Shown: positions 1-20,565 of the stretch, piece by piece
Layout of the letters: the number at the start of each line of letters is the position of its first letter
How positions within the stretch are numbered: position 1 is the stretch's first letter
Origin: Felis catus
Taxonomy: Eukaryota
DNA length: 64,000 nt
Reading direction: 5' to 3'
Assembly: GCF_018350175.1 (NCBI RefSeq)
Contig: NC_058381.1
Coordinates: forward strand, 2,294,001 to 2,358,000
Notes under the pieces: generated by a model
The model's database searches: none
Told to the model about the DNA's origin: nothing
What the model saw: the letters and a program-made list of their open reading frames with translations, nothing else
Made by a program: the position numbers and the translations under genes

Positions 1-243
1 CAGACCCAGTAGGGCAGAGAACTTGTCCCCACCTTGTCCTCTTGGAGTTCCAGACTCTCAGAGCCCAGGAGCGTGATCAAGTGGTTGGTTCAGGCCACTA
101 GATATCACTACTCAGCAGTCGAGGACAGTGGGGACAGAAGAAAGGAGCCTGGGACTGGGCACCTAAGGGCCTCACGACACAACTGGCTGTGTCACCATCT
201 AGCTACGTGCAGGAGAAACATCACTCACCAGCTTCAGCCTTAG

Positions 244-357
244 TCTTCCTACCAGTGTGGAGCCCGATGCAGGGCTTGAACTCATGAACTGTGAGTTCAT
301 GACCCGAGTGGAAACCAAGAGTCGGTTGCTTAACTCTTGAGCCACCTGGGCGCCCCC
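244..357 (-). mobile_element. CAN-SINE fragment (tRNA-derived head)
   Basis: Reverse complement of the GGGGCGCC..GGTGGCTCA..GTTAAGC..GTCATGA..GAGTTCAAGCCC head. Confidence 0.8.
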
Positions 358-403
358 CTACCTGCAAAGTCAATGTTAATGGTGGCTAATGTACGGAGAC
401 GAT

Positions 404-950
404 GTGTCAGCCACAGCCAGTTAGCTAAAGCTGTGTAACAAATGATGCCAAAGGTTAATTGTCTAAGGCAATAAACATCATCTCATAGTTTCTGTGGGTC
501 AGAAATTCGGGAGAAGCTTCCCCGGGTGGTTCTGGCTCATGGTTTCCCATGAGGGTGCTTCAAGACGTCCATCAGGGTTGCGGAAGTCTAGGGTTTGACC
601 GGGGCCGGAGGATCATGTCTCAAGATGTCTCACTCACGTGCCTGGCAGGTTGGCGTTGGCTTGTTGGCAAGAGGTCTCAGTCCTTTGACTTGCGGAGCCC
701 CTCCACAGGACTGCTTGAGCGTCCTCATGACCTGGTGCCTCGGTTCCCCCAGAGCGAGGGGTCCAAGAGAGCGGGGCAGAATCCTCGCAGTCTCGTACGA
801 GGTCACTCGGAAGCCACACACCATCCTTTCTGCGACATCCCTCTGATGCCACAGAGGAGCCCTTGTCACTGTGGGAAGGCACCGCATTCAACAGTGCTGG
901 TGCCGGGAAGGAGTTTCATCGGCAGCCGCTTGGCTACCGGCTGGCGACCA
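404..950. mobile_element. MLT1-type MaLR LTR
   Basis: Recognisable MLT1 blocks: GCTGTGTAACAAA, TTTCTGTGGGTCAG, CAAGATG.CTCACTCAC, CCTCCACAGG.CTGCTTGAG.GTCCTCA, TTCCCCCAGAGCGAG, CTCGGAAG.CACACA. Confidence 0.8.
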
Positions 951-1519
951 CCCAGCTGTGTAGACACAGCTAATTCTCCGATGACACCGAAGGTACGTAC
1001 TGCAAACAGATACATCTCGAAGAGGAGGACACAGAGGGACAGAAATGGGAAGTAACATGCTCAGATTCACAGGGGGGTAAGTGATAGAGTCACAAGATGC
1101 CAACTCAGGTGGTCAGGCTCCCAAGGCGGGGTCTAAGCTACCATGACCCTGAAGACAGACCTTCACCTCCTCTGTGACCCGGAAGGAACAGGGTGGATCC
1201 AGGACCGCTTCCACTCCAGAAAGCCAACCAACAGACGCGTACAGGGTGGTGGGCTGGTGACTCCAAAAACTAGCAAGACAAATGCAGCCTGGGAAGGATG
1301 GGACCTGGGGATGGGGGGATGGAACGGGAGGGTTTCACCCAAGGGTCTAGGGAGAGCCAAACTTGGGGGCCCAAACAGTGAGGAAGCAGGGACGGGTGGA
1401 CCAGAGAATGCTTACGGTGAGGTCTGGGCACTCCTGTCCCCATCACTACCAGCAAAGGAGCTCTTGGCGTCAAAAAGTCTCCTTGGCCTCACCCTACCCA
1501 GATGGCATTGTCTCACCCA

Positions 1520-1900
1520 CTTGTTCAACAAAGGTTACTGAGCACTTATTGTACGAGCCCAGGCACAGGACTGGGCAAGAGGGACGTGGCAATACCCAGG
1601 CGAGATAAAGTCCTTTTCTACCTGGAGCTTGGAATCTAGCAAGGGAGACAGACAAGTTACCGGCAAATTCTACAAGAACAACGAGTACGATGATGGGAAG
1701 GCGCAGGGATCTTGGGGTTCGGGGGAAGGGAGCAGATCAGGGAGGGACAGGCTTCCTGCGCTCAGCCAGAATGGGATAAGGGCGGGAGGACTTCCAAGCA
1801 GAGGGAAGAGCCACACAAAGGCTCTGAAGAGAGGTGATTTCCCTCGTCGAGAGGTTGGCGTGGGTAAGGCGGAAGGGGAGAGCCCAGTGACTTCAAAGAT
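1520..1900 (-). mobile_element. L2 LINE 3' fragment
   Basis: TTCAACAAA...TACTGAGCAC.TA, then GGAGCT..AATCTAG..GGGAGACAGACAAG, typical of an L2 3' end. Confidence 0.6.
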
Positions 1901-2974
1901 CAGGGCAGGAAAGTGGGAGCTAAGGGGGAGCGAACGTGGTTCCCCAAAGGAGAGGGGAGTTTTCCGCAGACGGATGGGCCCTACCCCCGACCCGAGCCCA
2001 AGGCAGTAGATGGGGAGGACCCCAGCAGGCCTCTCTGCTTACCCTTCTGGTTCCCTGGCCTGTGGGGAAAGACTTGGCCGGTGGTGCCAATGTGCTCATC
2101 CTTCCCGGATACGGAGCCCGCAGGGCAGGGCAGAGGTTGGGGAAAAGCAGACGAAGCGGGAGTGATGCCAGATCTGGGCCTCCAGGTTTAAGGGTGAGCA
2201 GGACCCCCCCCATCGTGGCTTAGAAGGGGCGCCCCTGAGGGTGGTCAGACTGTGCTTCCCCACACAGGTGGGGATGACAGAAGCTTCACTCCAAAAGTAA
2301 GAGATGAATAGGGACAAGGGGAGGAATAAAGAGGCCTCTCTGATTCCCTGGGTTTTGTCCAAGCCCCAGATGAAGGTGGGGCTGAGCGTCTGTGTCTGGT
2401 TTCCTGCTGGGGCAGAGGACCTGGGCCGGGAGTCCGGTCAATAATGCCCCCTCTCTTCACCGCCTCTCCATCCCGTCGCCAAGGCCGAAGCAGGGCCAGT
2501 CTCTGTCTCCGGAACCAATGGGAAGAGCCCCTTCCCTGAACTCCCTGCTCCTTCTCCCTCACCTTTTCCCAGCCCCTTCCTGCAGCAGGGTGGTTCTGTC
2601 ACTCCTCTGTTCAAACCTTTCAGTGGTTATCAGGGCCCTCAGGCAAGGCCCAAGCTCCTGACCATGTTCTCCAAAGGGTTGCAGAAATCCAACCAGGGCC
2701 ATGGTCATGGCTGCTTGTTCACTCGGGTCCCCAAAACCTGGCATGGTGCGAGCTTGCTGAGGGGTGAACTGATGCCCGGTCTGGCTTCCACCAACCTCTC
2801 TGGCTGCACCTGCCTTCATATACCCCCAAGCGTGCTTCACGCACACGTTCAACTCCCAGAGGACCCCTCCAGTGCACCCGGATCTGTGAAGACACCGGAC
2901 TCAGAGAAAACTCAGGCGTTACACGCTCTTCCTCGAAGAAGCTCATGGAGCCACGTGTTTCCCACCAAGAACTT

Positions 2975-3270
2975 GGGCAACATCAAGACGAATCTCAAAA
3001 ACGCGCTGAGTCAAAGCAGCCAAGTGCAATTATAAACAGTATGTGACTCCGTGGATAAGAAGGTTGGGAGCAAGCAACAGTGATCTTTGCGCTATAGAAA
3101 TCAGAATAGTAGTGGCCTCTGGAAAGTGGAATTGGCAAAAAATGGGCACGACGCAAGTTTCTGGGATCGTTGAAATGTTCCGAGTCTTTTTGTACATTGG
3201 CTGACGTGCATTGAGCCACGTGGTTAAATCTGGGCACGTTACTGAATGTGAGTTATACCTCAATAAAGTA
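2975..3270 (+). mobile_element. Old L1 (L1M-type) 3' UTR fragment
   Basis: TTCTGGGA..GTTGAAATGTTC...GTGAGTTATACCTCAATAAA, typical of an L1M 3' end. Confidence 0.6.
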
Positions 3271-3339
3271 CTGTCAGTATACAAAATAGAGTAACGTTCG
3301 CATGAATATAACAATAACGAAAGACCCTCAGTGTCTGGA

Positions 3340-3544
3340 TTAAAGAGCACATCAGATGTAAGCAAAGAGAGAACCATGATCCAGAAGATGGACCCAAGGA
3401 GATTATCTAGATGGCATCACAGTGACACAAAGATTGAAAGATATAGAAGGGAGGCAGATTACATGGAGGACGGGTTGAAAAGGTCTAGCATGCTTTTTTT
3501 AAAATTTATTTTGAGAGAGAGAGACAGAGAGCGAGTGGAGGAGG

Positions 3545-3588
<44 letters not shown>

Positions 3589-3925
3589 CCCAAGCAGACT
3601 CCATGCTGTCAGCACGGAGCCCAGCATGGGGCTTGAACTCACAAACTATGAGATCATGACCTGAACCAAAATCAAGAGTTGGCCGCTTAACCGAGAGTCA
3701 CCCAGGCGCCCCTAAAAGGTCTAGCATACTTCTAGCCATAGTCCCCAAAGGAGCAAAGAATGGACGAAAAAGAATATTTGAGGAGATACTAGCTGAGAAT
3801 TTCTCCAAACTGATGAAAGGTATGAATTCACAGATACAGGAAATACAAAATACTAAGAGAATAAATTAAAAAAGAATCTCTTCCTGGATACTTGGTAAAG
3901 AACTACAAAATACCAATGAATACCA
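3340..3925 (+). mobile_element. Old L1 ORF1-like fragment split by a SINE
   Basis: AAAAGAATATTTGAGGAGATACTAGCTGAGAATTTCTCCAAACTGATGAAAG resembles the L1 ORF1 region. Confidence 0.5.
3492..3713 (-). mobile_element. CAN-SINE with 14-bp target-site duplication
   Basis: (GA)n and poly(T) tail. TSD AAAAGGTCTAGCAT at 3478-3491 and 3714-3727. Confidence 0.92.
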
Positions 3926-3935
3926 ATGATAGCTC

Positions 3936-4193
3936 TTTTTTTTTCTTTTCTTTTTTTTTTTTTTTTAGAAATGTTGACACTTTTTTAAAAAAAGTTTATT
4001 TATTTATTTCGAGAGAGGGAGAGAGAGAGCACAAGCAGGGTAGGGGCAGAGAGAGGGAGAGAGAGAGAATCCCCAAGCAGGCTCTGCACAGTGTGGAGCC
4101 TGACGTGGGGCTCAAACTCACGAGCTGTGAGATCATGACCGGAGCCAAAACCAAGAGTCGGACGCTTAACTCCCTGAGACACCCAGGTGCGCC
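3936..4193 (-). mobile_element. CAN-SINE
   Basis: Full head, (GA)n and T-rich tail. Degenerate TSD ACCAATGATAGCTC / ACCAATGGTATCTC. Confidence 0.9.
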
Positions 4194-4986
4194 ACCAATG
4201 GTATCTCGAAAGCAGGGAGAAAAAGGCAGATCACCCACAAAGGAATGACAAGGTGACTGAGCAGACGTCTTCCCCAACAATATGCACCTGTTAGATGCCT
4301 ACACTGTCCCAGGTGCTAAGAACGCTAGGGTGAACAAGACAGCCCCGGCCCCTACCACACGGAGCCCACGGTCTATCAGGAACAGCAGACGCAGAGGAAG
4401 CAATTATATCGTGATGAGCTGGCCTGGCTGGAGGGCACGAGAATTGGCAAAAACATCAAACGGGTAGATCTGTGAACTGGGAAAAATTTCTCATCGGTGC
4501 CACAATACCCTGTGTGTTTACCGAGATGGGGTAGGTTTTTTCCTCCACGGGACTCTGGGGGCAGCTCACACATCCTTCCGAAGACTTGGTGACTTCCTCC
4601 CTGGACCCCTGGAGGAAAGGGAGAGGGATGGTCCTCTTCAGACCCTTCTTCAAAGTCCTAGACTCTCTCCTGTGGCCACAGTCCAGGCAGCAGTGCACAG
4701 AGGCTACATGGGGGGAAGGAGGGTTATGCCAGAATGAGGCCATTTAAATGCCAGTGATGGGGAGGGGTGTCCCATGGGACGGGGCTTAGGAGCCCACTCC
4801 CAACTTCTCCCCACCCTGCACCCACACACAAGACCTTCCACATGCTCCCCAAAACGTCCCTTTCAGGGGCAGCACACTGGACCCAGGTTCAGAGCTGGGA
4901 AACGGACAATCCTCCAATTTTAGACTCTGTCTAGGCTGGGGGTTGACTTCCTGCACCATCAGCACCTCTCTGCCCTGGCTCCATTT

Positions 4987-5243
4987 GTTTTTTTAAAAAA
5001 CTTTTAATGTTTATTTATTTTTGAGAGAGAGAGCGAGAGAGCGCGCGCGCGCGGGCGCAACTGGGGGAGGGACAGAGAGAGAGGGAGACACAGAATCCGA
5101 AGCAGGCTCCAGGCTCTGAGCGGTCAGCACAGAGCCTGACGCGGGGCTCGAACCCGCAAACCGTGATCATGGCCTGAGCCAAAGTCGGATGCTTAACGGA
5201 CTGAGCCCCCCCCCCCCACACCCCGCCGCCCCCCAGGTGCCCC
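4987..5243 (-). mobile_element. Feliform CAN-SINE with 16-bp TSD
   Basis: TSD TGCCCTGGCTCCATTT at 4971-4986 and 5244-5259; internal GCTCTGAGC.GTCAGCACAGAGCC segment. Confidence 0.92.
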
Positions 5244-5559
5244 TGCCCTGGCTCCATTTCAAAGCACTTGTGCACCTTGCCTTTCTCCACGTGGGGGCTA
5301 GGAAGCTCTCTCCCCTGCTGGGACCCGGGGACTCTGTCCTGTTTAGCCTTATACTCCCAGCGCCCGGGCCCGTTATCTCCATCTGAGGCTGATTCCTTCG
5401 AGGGGTGGGGCTCTGGCTGAGAGAGGTGATCTGGGGAGAGGGGAGCATGGGAGACAGGACACCGAGGACCAAGTCTGGGAGGGGCGAAAGGTTCTTTGAA
5501 AGAGGCTGGAAAGAGGGTGTGCAGCAGGGGAGAGGGAAAGGACGGAGAAGGGTTTCTCG

Positions 5560-6330
5560 GGGTCTGGCCGGGCCAAGGAGGGGCCCCCAGCCCGCGGTCG
5601 CGGGGCTCCAAGAGTCGGGCCCGGGGACCCGGGCATGGCGTGGGCTGGCCGGGACCCGCGCCAGGCCCCGCCCCTCGGTCCCAGCCCCCGCCCCATAGGC
5701 CCCGCCCCGCCGCCTCGGCCCCGCCCTCCCCAGGATTTAGCGCTGGCGGCCTGGGCGGCTCCGCAGCCGCCGTTTCCGCTTTCTCCAGGTGAGGGTCCGG
5801 AGGAGCCGGGACGCCCCGCGCAGGGGCTGGCGGAGCCGCCGTCACTTGGGGTGCGTCCGCGGGTGCCCTGTTCGCTTTCCCTCCTTCCCTCCTCCCCCTC
5901 TCCTTCCCCCCACCGCGGCCGCGTTTCCCCCGGTCCCCCTTCCCGTGCTTTCTCCCTCTCACCTGGCAGGTGGTCCCGGGTCTCTCAGTGTCGTGGCCTC
6001 TCCCCCCCCCCCCGCCCCTCCTCGCGCCCAGTTCCTCGTTCAACCCTTCCTCCAGGTCTCCCTCGCGTGGGGGGACGGAGAGGTCCCGGCGTGTGTCAGG
6101 GAGAGCGCTGTGCAGGCAGCGGGCGCCCGGAGCACCGGGCCTTAGCGAGCAAAGATTGGTGGAGTTAGGTTGGTGACGCTCAAGGTGGCTTGAGTGACTC
6201 AGGGGTGCGGGCCGGGCGCTACCTGGAGCTGAGCTCAGGTGGGTGTGGAAGGGACTGTGCACCTGGCAGCACCTGCCTCTGTAGGCAGCGCCCGAGCTCA
6301 GCTGGCCTGCACTTGACCGCCAATCACAGA
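5560..6330 (+). promoter_or_regulatory. CpG island / TNK1 promoter and probable non-coding first exon
   Basis: Dense CpG and GC boxes (CCCCGCCC), a candidate donor CAG|GTGAGG at 5788/5789, and an AP-1-like TGACTCA near 6195, upstream of the TNK1 start codon. Confidence 0.65.
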
Positions 6331-6969
6331 CGGGTCTCGGACACGTGGACGGCCGTATCTCCCAGGCGGTCACAAGTAGGCACAGGAGGGAGGGTATGTG
6401 GCAGTATGAGCTGCGTTTCATGGCAGCGTCCCGAAGTGTCTCAGATCTGCGAGGCCACCTACCTGGGTGGCTCAGACACCCTCTGCAGCATGTTGTAGAT
6501 CTCTGTGCGTGTGGCAGTGTTTTGAGCGTGGGAGGCATTGTACCTGTGTGTGTGTGGTTAGCATATCTGGGCATGTCTGGTAGGTCCCTGGGCGTCTGGT
6601 CTGGGTGCACTAAGCATGCACAGGCTGCGTGCCTTCACAGCTCAGGAGTGAGCAAAGGAACGTCCCTGGGGTCTCCAGGGTGCTCAGCTCTCAGGTGTGA
6701 GGAGGGCGGGTTTCTCACTGCTGAGGGGGGTAGGGTAGTGGATCTCAGGCATGGGGGGCGCTCTCCCTGGGGTTTGTGGGAGCGGCGGGATTCCTGGCTG
6801 CTCCGGGTGTGTCCCTCCCTCTGCCCCCCCCCCCCCCCCCCAGCGTTTCTGATGGGTGGAGGGTGGAGGCGGCTGGCGAGCGTGTTTCTGGGGTCTCGGT
6901 CTCAGGTGCCTTCCTTGGGCTATGTGTCTGGAGGTGACTGCGTCATCCTGAGGGATTCCTTCTCCAGAC

Positions 6970-11787
<4,818 letters not shown>

Positions 11788-12444
11788 GGTCTGCTCCCTT
11801 GGGTGTGGATACTAGCCTGGGTCAAGGGCCTGGCCACGTGGGACCAAGCAGAACCCAGACAGGTCCCATCAGGGCAGAATTTCCCACCTGGGGAGATCGT
11901 TGGCAGGTACGGGAGGAGCCCGGGGTCGCGCACTGCTGAATGTCTCCTCCCGCCCCGCCCCTTGGCCTCTGAGGGCTCACGCTCCCTCGGCTGGTTCATA
12001 GAAGGATCTCCTCCGCTCTGCCTCCCACATTGCCAACCACGAGGAGAACTCGGAGGGACACAGCTGCCACACGTCGCACCCACAGGAAGCTTCCACTTGC
12101 TACGGAGAGCGATCCAATGGCCATCCTGGGCCTCGGGGACAGCCATCCCGAACTGCCGTCAGCTGCCACACGGGTCTCTGTGGGAGCAGTCATCTCGGAC
12201 GACGGAAGCGATCCCGCTGACTTGGGCTACGTGGCCCAGACTGCCTTGGCTTGGTCCGGGGCCATAATGGACGATGAAGTCGCCCTCTTGAACTCAGAGA
12301 CGCTGGATCTTGGCAGCACGGATTATGAAACGGGCCAGCCCCCACCCAGCCCGGCTGTCCTACTTCCCATCGTGTCTTCCCATACCAACTCCCTTCTCCT
12401 CGCTCCCATCACATACATCTTCCGAAATCCAAAAAGTTACAAAG

Positions 12445-12459
12445 TTTATATGAATATAA
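12445..12459. terminator. Candidate bidirectional poly(A) signal for TNK1 (+, AATATA) and PLSCR3 (-, TATAAA)
   Basis: Isolated AT-rich dyad TTATAT-GA-ATATAA between the two convergent stop codons; I saw no canonical AATAAA on either strand there. Confidence 0.5.
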
Positions 12460-13021
12460 CATACAAAGATACAGCCTCCTTCCTAAGGCAAAGGGCAGGA
12501 TGGGGTGGTTAAGGCTCCGGAGGAAGCTGCACGAAGCACCGGCTGTGGGCAGGGCCTGGGGGAGGCGGGGATCCCCTCAGAGCGCCACGGTCTGAGGTTG
12601 AACCGATTGGCCAAGCTGATGCGGGGCGAGAGCGGTCACGCCAGCCATCTTTGGTGCTGCAAACCCTTGCCCACCCCAGCTCCTGCCAGAAAGCCCGAGG
12701 GCCCTGGATTCCCAAGGCCGGATCTGGAGCACAGGCCCCGGAAGGGGGCCGGGGGAAGGGAGGGTAAAGCTGATATGCCTGTGTGCCAAGGGATCGGAGA
12801 GACAGCGGTGCGAGGGAGAAGGGTTCTCATACATACCCTTCCCCAGGAGCCAAGGCGAAGGAGGCCAGGGGATCGGGGCAGGGGTAGGGCGCCGCGGCCC
12901 CTAGACTCTCGGGCATCCCCGTCTGTCCCCTGCGGCAAACGTCGCGGAAAGCGGCCGCCTCTGACAGGTGGCCATCCTGGATTCTGGTTGAGGTGATGGT
13001 CTCCTCGCCCTGAGGTGGCCT

Positions 13022-16372
<3,351 letters not shown>

Positions 16373-16479
16373 GGGAAAGGGGCGAGAGTTCGCCGGTGTC
16401 AGTGTCCGGGAGGCTTAGTTTTGGAGGTGGTGGCAAGTTCGGACACAGCCAGACAGACACAGAGACAGACACAAAGACG

Positions 16480-17420
16480 GACAGGCAAACGCGGAGAGGC
16501 GGCCGCGCGCGGCGCGGGCCCAGGGTCTCTTGGGCGGCGCCTCTGACTCAGGGAGAAACCGAAAGTGTCAGCGGGCAGGGCGGGTACCTGGGACCCTGGA
16601 TTCCCTCGGGGGCCCCAGAACCGCCCCCTCCCTTTGTTCTCCCATTCTCCGCGGAGGCGGCTGCTGGCAGACGGCCGGATGGATGGACCCGCGGTCCGAG
16701 CGACGGCCCGGCCTCGAGGGAGGCCTCCCGGCCCCCCTGCGCCCCAGTCCCCCTCCGCTCACCTGAAGCCCCTAGAAGAGCTGGCGTGCCCAGCGCTCGG
16801 CGGCTCGCAGGAGCTCGGGGAGGCGGGCCCGGGCCCCGACCCCGCCCCTCGACCCGTCCAGGCCCCGCCCCTCCCGGCCCGGGCGGCGCGCGTGCGCACA
16901 AAGGAAGCCGGCTCTCCTGCGGGGCCGCGAGCCGTGCGCCGGGGAGCTCGCTGGCGTGGCCGGCGTCCCCGTCCGCTCCGCCCCGCCGCTCGACACCAGA
17001 GGAGGCCCGTCTGGGGAGGGCCGCCGGCCCAGACCTAGCCCGGCGACCCCCGCCGGGTCTGCGGGCGCAGAGCGCTCGGTGTCCCCGGGTGGGAAGCCAG
17101 GGCGGCTGGCGCGGCGCTGGACCCCAGGCTCCTCCTCCCGAGGGCGGTTCGGGCCTCGCTGACGCAGCGGAACACCCTCCACACTCCTTCTTTGGCTTCT
17201 AGGACTGGCCCCCCGGCTCCCTTTCCACCTCCCCGGGGGGCTGCCTCCGCGGCTGCTCGCCGTGACGCTGCGGTCATCCACACAGACACCTTGCTACGAC
17301 AGTACGTCTTCCAGGAGCCCCTGGCCACGTGGGTGACAGGCCGCCAAACGGTGGCAACAGTGAGCGTGCGCGCAGTGAGGTCCGGGGGTGGCCAGAGGAC
17401 GCGGCGCGGTTAGCAGGAAA
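16480..17420 (-). promoter_or_regulatory. CpG island / PLSCR3 promoter and non-coding exon 1
   Basis: CpG-dense with GC boxes; a minus-strand donor (plus-strand CTCAC at 16758-16762) lies upstream of the ATG exon. Confidence 0.65.
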
Positions 17421-17910
17421 GCCTCCCCCCGTCCCCACTGCCAGAGGAGTCGCTTCTTCTGGGTCCTGAGCAGAGAGGCCCGCAGGTGTAAGGAGGTGCT
17501 GAGCCTGGGGCCCTATAGGCAGAGCAACGAGAGAAGAGTTGAGAGAGGGAGGCCACCCACCTACCTGCACGGAAGGCCTGGTGGCAGCTGGGACTTGGCC
17601 CCAGGGGCAGCGGGGGGCCCACCGAAAGATCTTCCAAAGAGAAGGTCGAATTTGGGTTTTAGAAAGACACATCTAAACCACAAGGTGGAGAACCACGAAG
17701 GCGCCCGGGGCTGGGTGGTGGACGGCGGCCGGAGGAGCGGGTGCTGTGCTAGGTGCACACAGGAGTGGTAGATCGGGGAGATGCTTACACAGCAAACCTA
17801 GACCTTGTTTGAGGGGTGACATGTGCAGGTGAGGCGTTCCGGATGACCCCAGGTCCCTGTCTGGTGACCACGCAGGTGGAGGGGTCACCCACCAAGATGA
17901 ACATACAGGG

Positions 17911-18120
17911 AGGGGCAGCGGCTGGGTGGCTCAGTCGGCTGAGTGTCTGTCTTTGGCGCAGGTCACCATCTCCCGGTTTGTGAGTTCAAGCCCCGAATTG
18001 GGGTGTCTGCTGTTAGAGCCCACTTCCGATCCTCTGTCGCCCTCTCAGTGTCCCTCCCCTGCTTGTGTGCGCGTGCTCTCTCTCTCAAAAATAAATCAAT
18101 GTTAAAAAAAAAAAAAAAAA
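17911..18120 (+). mobile_element. CAN-SINE with TSD
   Basis: Head, (CT)n and poly(A). AAGATGAACATA occurs at 17894-17905 and again at the end of the tail (about 18119-18130). Confidence 0.9.
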
Positions 18121-18309
18121 GATGAACATAGAAGCAGGTTTTCAGAGATGGGTCCAAGTTCTTCTGGGCTGGTCAGCTGCTCCCACAGCTTCGGCCATCA
18201 TCAGCTTTGGACCCAAGTGCCTGACCTGTCACCCCGGGGGTGCTTAAGTACCCCAGATTCTACGTGGCCCAAACCAGGCACCGGCATCCACCAAAACATC
18301 AACATACAG

Positions 18310-19330
18310 AAACTCAGTTACTCAACAAAGATTTAGTGAGCGCCTACTATATGTCAGACAGCTTTTGAGAGGAATATACAGCAGTTTTTTAAAAAAATTA
18401 ACCAAAATTGCTGATCTCCTGGGGCTTACGTTCTAGTAGAGAAGAGACAGGTAAGGTAAAATATACTAGAAGTCAGAGGGTAACAAGTGTTATGGAGAAA
18501 AATTGAGCAAGATGAGGAGGACAGAGAGTGGTGGGCAAGGGTTGCAATTTTGCAGAGGGTGAACTTGGAAGGTATCACCCAGAAGGTGGTAGTTGAGCCA
18601 AGACCTGACTGTAGGAGGTCAAGGATGGAACCAGGCCGGCCTCTGGCATAAAAAAAAAAAAAAAAAAAAAAAAGTTTCAGACAGCGCGAACAAGAAAGGC
18701 AAAGTGTGCCTTAGTCATTCAGTGAACAAAAGTGACACCAGTGTGGCTGGGATGGAACGAACCAGGCAGAAGGAATGGAGATCCCAGGAGCCCAGATCAC
18801 ATACAGCCTTGCAGACCATTGGATTATACTGAGCGAGACAGGAAGTGTTGCAAGGTTCGGATAGAGACGTGAGCCTTACACACGCAGTGGTCCTCAGCTC
18901 TGGCCACAAGATAGAATCATCTGGGTGCTTCACAAAATACCTCTGCACGGGCCCCATGTCGTATCAACAATTTAATTAGAGTATTTGGGGTAAGGTGCAG
19001 ATATCAGAACTTTCTGGGAATTTCTCCAAAGACTTTAATGTGCAGCTAAGGCTGAATAGCACTGTTACAGGGTCTCTCTCTCTCTCAGGCTGCTTTGTCT
19101 AGAGCAGGCTATAGTTAGGCAAGGGCAGAAGGACATTCTTGCAAAAAGCAAGGGGGGATGTGATGGTGACGGACCAGGGGCCGGAGCGGTAACAATGGAG
19201 GTGGCGGGAAATGGTCAGATTCTGGTTATGCATTCAGCCAATGACGTGTTGACTTGACAATGGCTTGGATACAGGATGTGAGGAAAAGGGCAAAGTTGAC
19301 TCAGGCTTGGCCCAGGAGGCCATTCCCAGC
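18310..19330 (-). mobile_element. Fragmented L2 LINE
   Basis: L2 3' end (ACTCAACAAA..TTAGTGAGCGCCTACTA) and further L2-like blocks, interrupted by MER5. Confidence 0.55.
18885..19064. mobile_element. MER5-type hAT-Charlie MITE
   Basis: About 180 bp with CAGTGGT...GCACTG termini and AGAATCA.CTGGG / TTTAATGTGCAGC.AAGG.TGA internal blocks. Confidence 0.65.
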
Positions 19331-20224
19331 GGGCCCTGCTCTTCCTGTTTGGTCATTTCCTGTCTGCCCACTCCATCCTGAGCTCCAGGCACTTCTGTCT
19401 CTCTCGTCTTGTCACCAGTATGGTGTGTCCCTTTTCTTCTGGCGAACGAGTCACGCTGAAAGCTGGCAGATGGACAGAAGTCTGTACCAGGCTCCAAAAA
19501 CCAAAGGAGCCCACCTGGGCCGTACCAAACTATCTCTTGAAAGGATCGGTCTTCGCCGCGGAAGATTGGAGTTTCTTGGTGCTCACGGGAAGGAAAGAGC
19601 TTCGCTCTGGGAATTGGGCAGAGGAGAATTTGAACCCCAGGCCACGCTGGTCCCAACTACGATACAGAACAAGTTACTTCACCTCCGTGAGCTTTAGTTC
19701 CCACGCAGGACTATCGAGAAGATTGGCGCCTCCCCCACCTGGAGGTTTCCTCTGAGGCTGTATTTCAGCCATCACTAAAATGAAATATTGTGATCTTCTA
19801 CTAATACACCTCAAATCATGCCTCCTCCCTGGATATAAATGCTTCAGTGGCTCCCCATTGCCCTCAGAAGAGAGTCCAACATCTCAGCCCAAGGCCCTCC
19901 ATCATTTGCCCCTGCTGCCATCTTTCCCTACGACCCTCTCAAGGTCTGTCAAGCCAGCCACCAGGAATTTTCTTTCAAGCCAGCCACCAGGAATTTTTTG
20001 ACGTCTCAAATGCCCCGGGCTCTCTTTGGCTTCAGGGCTGCCCGGATAGCTCTTGCCTCGGGTCTGGAACACACCCCTTCCCCTTCTGCATCACCGAACT
20101 CCTTCAAGGTCCCCACTGAACATTCTGGCACCCAGCAGCTGCTCCGAGGCTCTGGAGCTCAGTACGGACTAGTTGGAAGGGAGACAGAAATTCTAGTATC
20201 CCTCTCATTTACAGAAATGGTCCA

Positions 20225-20431
20225 TTTTTTTGTTTGTTTATTTCTGAGACAGAGAGAGACAGAGCATGAGTGGGGGAGGGGCAGAGAGAGAGGGAGACAC
20301 AGAGTCCGAAGCAGGCTCCGGGCTCTGAGCTGTCAGCACAGAGCCCGACCCGGGGCTCAAACTCACAGACCGCAAGATCGTGACCTGAGCCAAAGCTGGA
20401 CGCTCAACCGACTGAGCCACCCAGGCGCCCC
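20225..20431 (-). mobile_element. Feliform CAN-SINE
   Basis: Full-length head, body and (GA)n/T tail. Confidence 0.92.
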
Positions 20432-20565
20432 TGGTCCGTGCTTTTTTGAATGCAACTTTCTGAAAAGTTAAGCATGCACCTCTGATATATCACACAGATA
20501 TGAACTTTATGAGACGTACACAAAAATGAAAAGTAAAAAGACAGAAGTGAAAATTTGTGTACATA

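Noticed and set aside
5015-6610. 531-aa minus-strand ORF over the TNK1 promoter
   Set aside because: Non-ATG start, low-complexity Pro/Gly/Arg content, runs through a CpG island and ends inside a SINE; expected from stop-codon scarcity in GC-rich DNA.
12030-12512. 160-aa ORF after TNK1 with protein-like composition
   Set aside because: Lies in the TNK1 3' UTR, starts at TTG, and has no splice support or recognisable homology.
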